IMG/VR virus record: IMGVR_UViG_3300023545_000089
Location: 1-5,738 of that record
From: a virus
Length of the DNA: 5,738 bases
Reading direction: 5' to 3' (one strand)
Part shown: one piece after another, positions 3,879 to 5,738 of the stretch
How the letters are laid out: every line of letters begins with the position of its first letter
Position numbering within the stretch: the first letter of the stretch is position 1
The notes under the pieces: model-generated
What the model was told of the DNA's origin: nothing
Seen by the model: the letters and a program-made list of their open reading frames with translations, nothing else
Databases searched by the model: none
Translations under genes and position numbers: made by a program

Positions 3879-5525
3879 TTAGATGGTATCAAGGCCCGGG
3901 ATGCTGTAGATAGGCATTGCCCTTGTCCATGTCTGGTCGAAGTAGAAGTTGCAGATGAATTGGCGGCTGTTTTCGCTCTGGACTGCGATCGTGCGGTCGA
4001 TGTTCTCTGTGCCCTCTTTAATCCAGTCGTTCGAGAGAGTCGGCAGTTTCGTGTATTTGTCGGCATAGTGCCAAGCATCCAGAGTCTGGGCGTAGGTGCT
4101 GCGCATTTCGCCTGTGATCATGTTTGTCCGGTATCGGTAGTCTGCCCAAGCTTCCTGATAGCCGAATACTTCTTCGTCCTGTTCGTTGCCCTGTGCGTAG
4201 ATTTCCTGATTAAGCACTGCTTGCTCACCGAGGTTTGCAAGCATCGGGTCATAGTAGGAAAAGCGCGTGCTGCGTGTCCACAGTCGAGAAAGCCCCTGCT
4301 GGTAGCTGTGATCAACTCGTACTGCTGCCAGACCGATGATAAAACCATGTTCCGTTGCGCTGTACGTTGCCATGTTCCGGCTCATCGTGGTCATGGAGAA
4401 TGCTGCAGTGTTGCCCTGCGGACTCGTCGAGTCCGTGCTGGATGTCTGAATGACCTGATTGATGTTGATAGGCAGTCTGTAGCCGCCGATGTATTCCGAC
4501 CGGTCAAGTCGTGCATCCGGACTCGTTACGCCCCAAGCACCCTGTAAGATTTCCTTGTACCGTGTGCCGGTGCGTGCATCTCTTTCCATGATGTGCTGCA
4601 CTGCGATAGCTTGTCGGAGTTCGTTTATGGTTGCTGCGGTTGCATTTGAGAGGTCTGCTCCTAAGTTTATTCCGCCTGTTGCGCCGCTGCTGGTGGTCGT
4701 CATTGCCAGCCCTTTGTCTCTATATGGGCCGTCTCCTATATCCCAGTAAGGCGCAAAGAATGGATTTTCTTCTATTCCTACTTCCGTGGCGATGGCTTTC
4801 ATCTTGTCGGTTTTTGTCGTGACGTCTCCAGTTGACGGATTGTAAAATCCGATTGGTACGCCTCCGGTCATCGGCAGCGTCACGGCCTCGCCTTTCTGAG
4901 GATTCGGCAGGCAGCTTGTGAAGTAGTCCTTGTACTTACATACTTTGAGCGGCAGGCCTCCGGCTTCGGCGTCGGTGAGTGCTGTTCCTGCGTTGCTTCC
5001 TGCGGTCGTGGCGTCCGTCTTGCTCATCGTGACAGGCTGCTGTAAATTTTCGTCTCGAAACCATTCGTTCCAGATTTTGGCATATGCCCGGAAAGGCAGG
5101 CTGTTTACCTGTAGGTTTTCTACTCCGGTCGGAATGCCGAAGTAGTCCGCCAGCGTGCCAACTTTCCAGCCGCCAGTTGGTGCGGTCGTTTTCGGAGTCG
5201 TGTACTCTACTTTTTCAGCCCAGAAGGTGCTGTCGTTCTGACCCATGAGGTTTTCGAAATGCTCCCATAGCAGCCGCGATGGTACGAAGAAGAAGTAAAA
5301 GTCACAGTAACAGTTATCCATGACAGGATACAGCGGAGTGCTCATGCGCATAAGTGCATTGAGATCGATCTTTGCCGTGTCTGCCGGTAGAACTTCGTCA
5401 CAGTAGATCGGAATCAGATCGCCTTCGTTCATGGTCGTCAGCAGGCTATAATCCCGTTTGAATCTTGCACGTGGCACATTTGCATGAGGCACTTGGCTGT
5501 AGTGCTGTTCGGCGTTTCGGTTCAT
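3879..5525 (-). CDS. Major capsid protein VP1 (F-like), 548 aa.
   Basis: Track ORF. Its size and N-terminal region (…RARFKRDYSLLTTMNEGDLIPIYCDEVLPADT…PVMDNCYCDFYFFFVPSRLLWEHFENLMG) are characteristic of gokushovirus VP1. Its start is coupled (ATGA) to the upstream 168-aa ORF. Confidence 0.9.
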   Translation of the reverse strand: MNRNAEQHYSQVPHANVPRARFKRDYSLLTTMNEGDLIPIYCDEVLPADTAKIDLNALMRMSTPLYPVMDNCYCDFYFFFVPSRLLWEHFENLMGQNDSTFWAEKVEYTTPKTTAPTGGWKVGTLADYFGIPTGVENLQVNSLPFRAYAKIWNEWFRDENLQQPVTMSKTDATTAGSNAGTALTDAEAGGLPLKVCKYKDYFTSCLPNPQKGEAVTLPMTGGVPIGFYNPSTGDVTTKTDKMKAIATEVGIEENPFFAPYWDIGDGPYRDKGLAMTTTSSGATGGINLGADLSNATAATINELRQAIAVQHIMERDARTGTRYKEILQGAWGVTSPDARLDRSEYIGGYRLPININQVIQTSSTDSTSPQGNTAAFSMTTMSRNMATYSATEHGFIIGLAAVRVDHSYQQGLSRLWTRSTRFSYYDPMLANLGEQAVLNQEIYAQGNEQDEEVFGYQEAWADYRYRTNMITGEMRSTYAQTLDAWHYADKYTKLPTLSNDWIKEGTENIDRTIAVQSENSRQFICNFYFDQTWTRAMPIYSIPGLDTI

Positions 5526-5738
5526 TCCTTATTTTCTCCTTTCTGTACAGTTTTTTCAGCTGTAGCATCGACCTTCTCTTGTGTCTTTTGTGTATTCTGC
5601 TGAATTTTGATGCCCATTTTGTCGAGCCACTCTTTTTCACCGGCTGTTGCCATCCAGTTTTCGAAGTTCATGCCGAATGCTTGGCGGATGCTCAGCGGCA
5701 ACTGGTTAAACTGTTCCCGCTTCTCGTTCATCATGTTC
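5522..5738 (-). CDS. C-terminal segment of a 168-aa VP3-like (internal scaffolding candidate) protein. The ORF runs off the window end and continues at 1..345 because the genome is circular. Its stop TGA (5522-5524) overlaps the VP1 ATG (5525-5523) as ATGA.
   Basis: Track ORF 5522..5734. The two ATGs at the window edge are internal Mets: in the same frame the ORF extends through the repeat to an upstream ATG at 345..343. The stop/start overlap with VP1 indicates translational coupling. The VP3 identity rests only on size and position. Confidence 0.6.
   Translation of the reverse strand, partial: NMMNEKREQFNQLPLSIRQAFGMNFENWMATAGEKEWLDKMGIKIQQNTQKTQEKVDATAEKTVQKGENKE

Noticed and set aside
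3960-4547. 195-aa plus-strand ORF, with other plus-strand ORFs (1290..1703, 3102..3314, 4489..4749, 4631..4822, 4930..5145)
   Set aside because: These are antisense to VP1, VP2 and VP4, have no SD or promoter, and show biased composition typical of the reverse complement of real genes. Microviridae encode all genes on one strand.

Overview
The window is one complete circular ssDNA phage genome of the Microviridae (gokushovirus-like). Bases 1-55 are repeated exactly at 5684-5738, so the unit length is 5683 nt and the window is a circle opened arbitrarily. All supportable genes lie on the minus strand; the plus-strand ORFs in the track are antisense artefacts. Reading the minus strand in the direction of transcription, the layout is: a sigma70-like promoter P1 (TTGACA-17-TATAAT); an untracked 52-aa very acidic ORF; a hairpin plus U14 terminator; three tightly coupled small ORFs (34 aa, a 39-aa basic J-like peptide, 87 aa); a 168-aa VP3-like ORF that wraps the window junction and ends in an ATGA overlap with VP1; the major capsid protein VP1 (548 aa); the minor capsid/DNA pilot protein VP2 (312 aa); a second promoter P2 that is a near copy of the P1 promoter and 5'UTR cassette; a 63-aa ORF with a clear ribbon-helix-helix (CopG/Arc/MetJ-like) pattern; a perfect 16-bp inverted-repeat hairpin; the HUH rolling-circle initiator VP4 (392 aa); and an intrinsic terminator. 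The most interesting feature is the P2 -> RHH -> hairpin -> Rep arrangement, which mirrors the copG-repB copy-control operon of rolling-circle plasmids and sits where gokushoviruses normally carry VP3. P1 and P2 share a conserved GTGT-N9-ACAC inverted repeat at the predicted transcription start, which suggests a small regulon under one repressor. Functional calls rest on motifs read by eye (HUH and LTLTYD motifs in VP4, AAGLNPILAAY in VP2, the N-terminus typical of VP1). No similarity searches were run.
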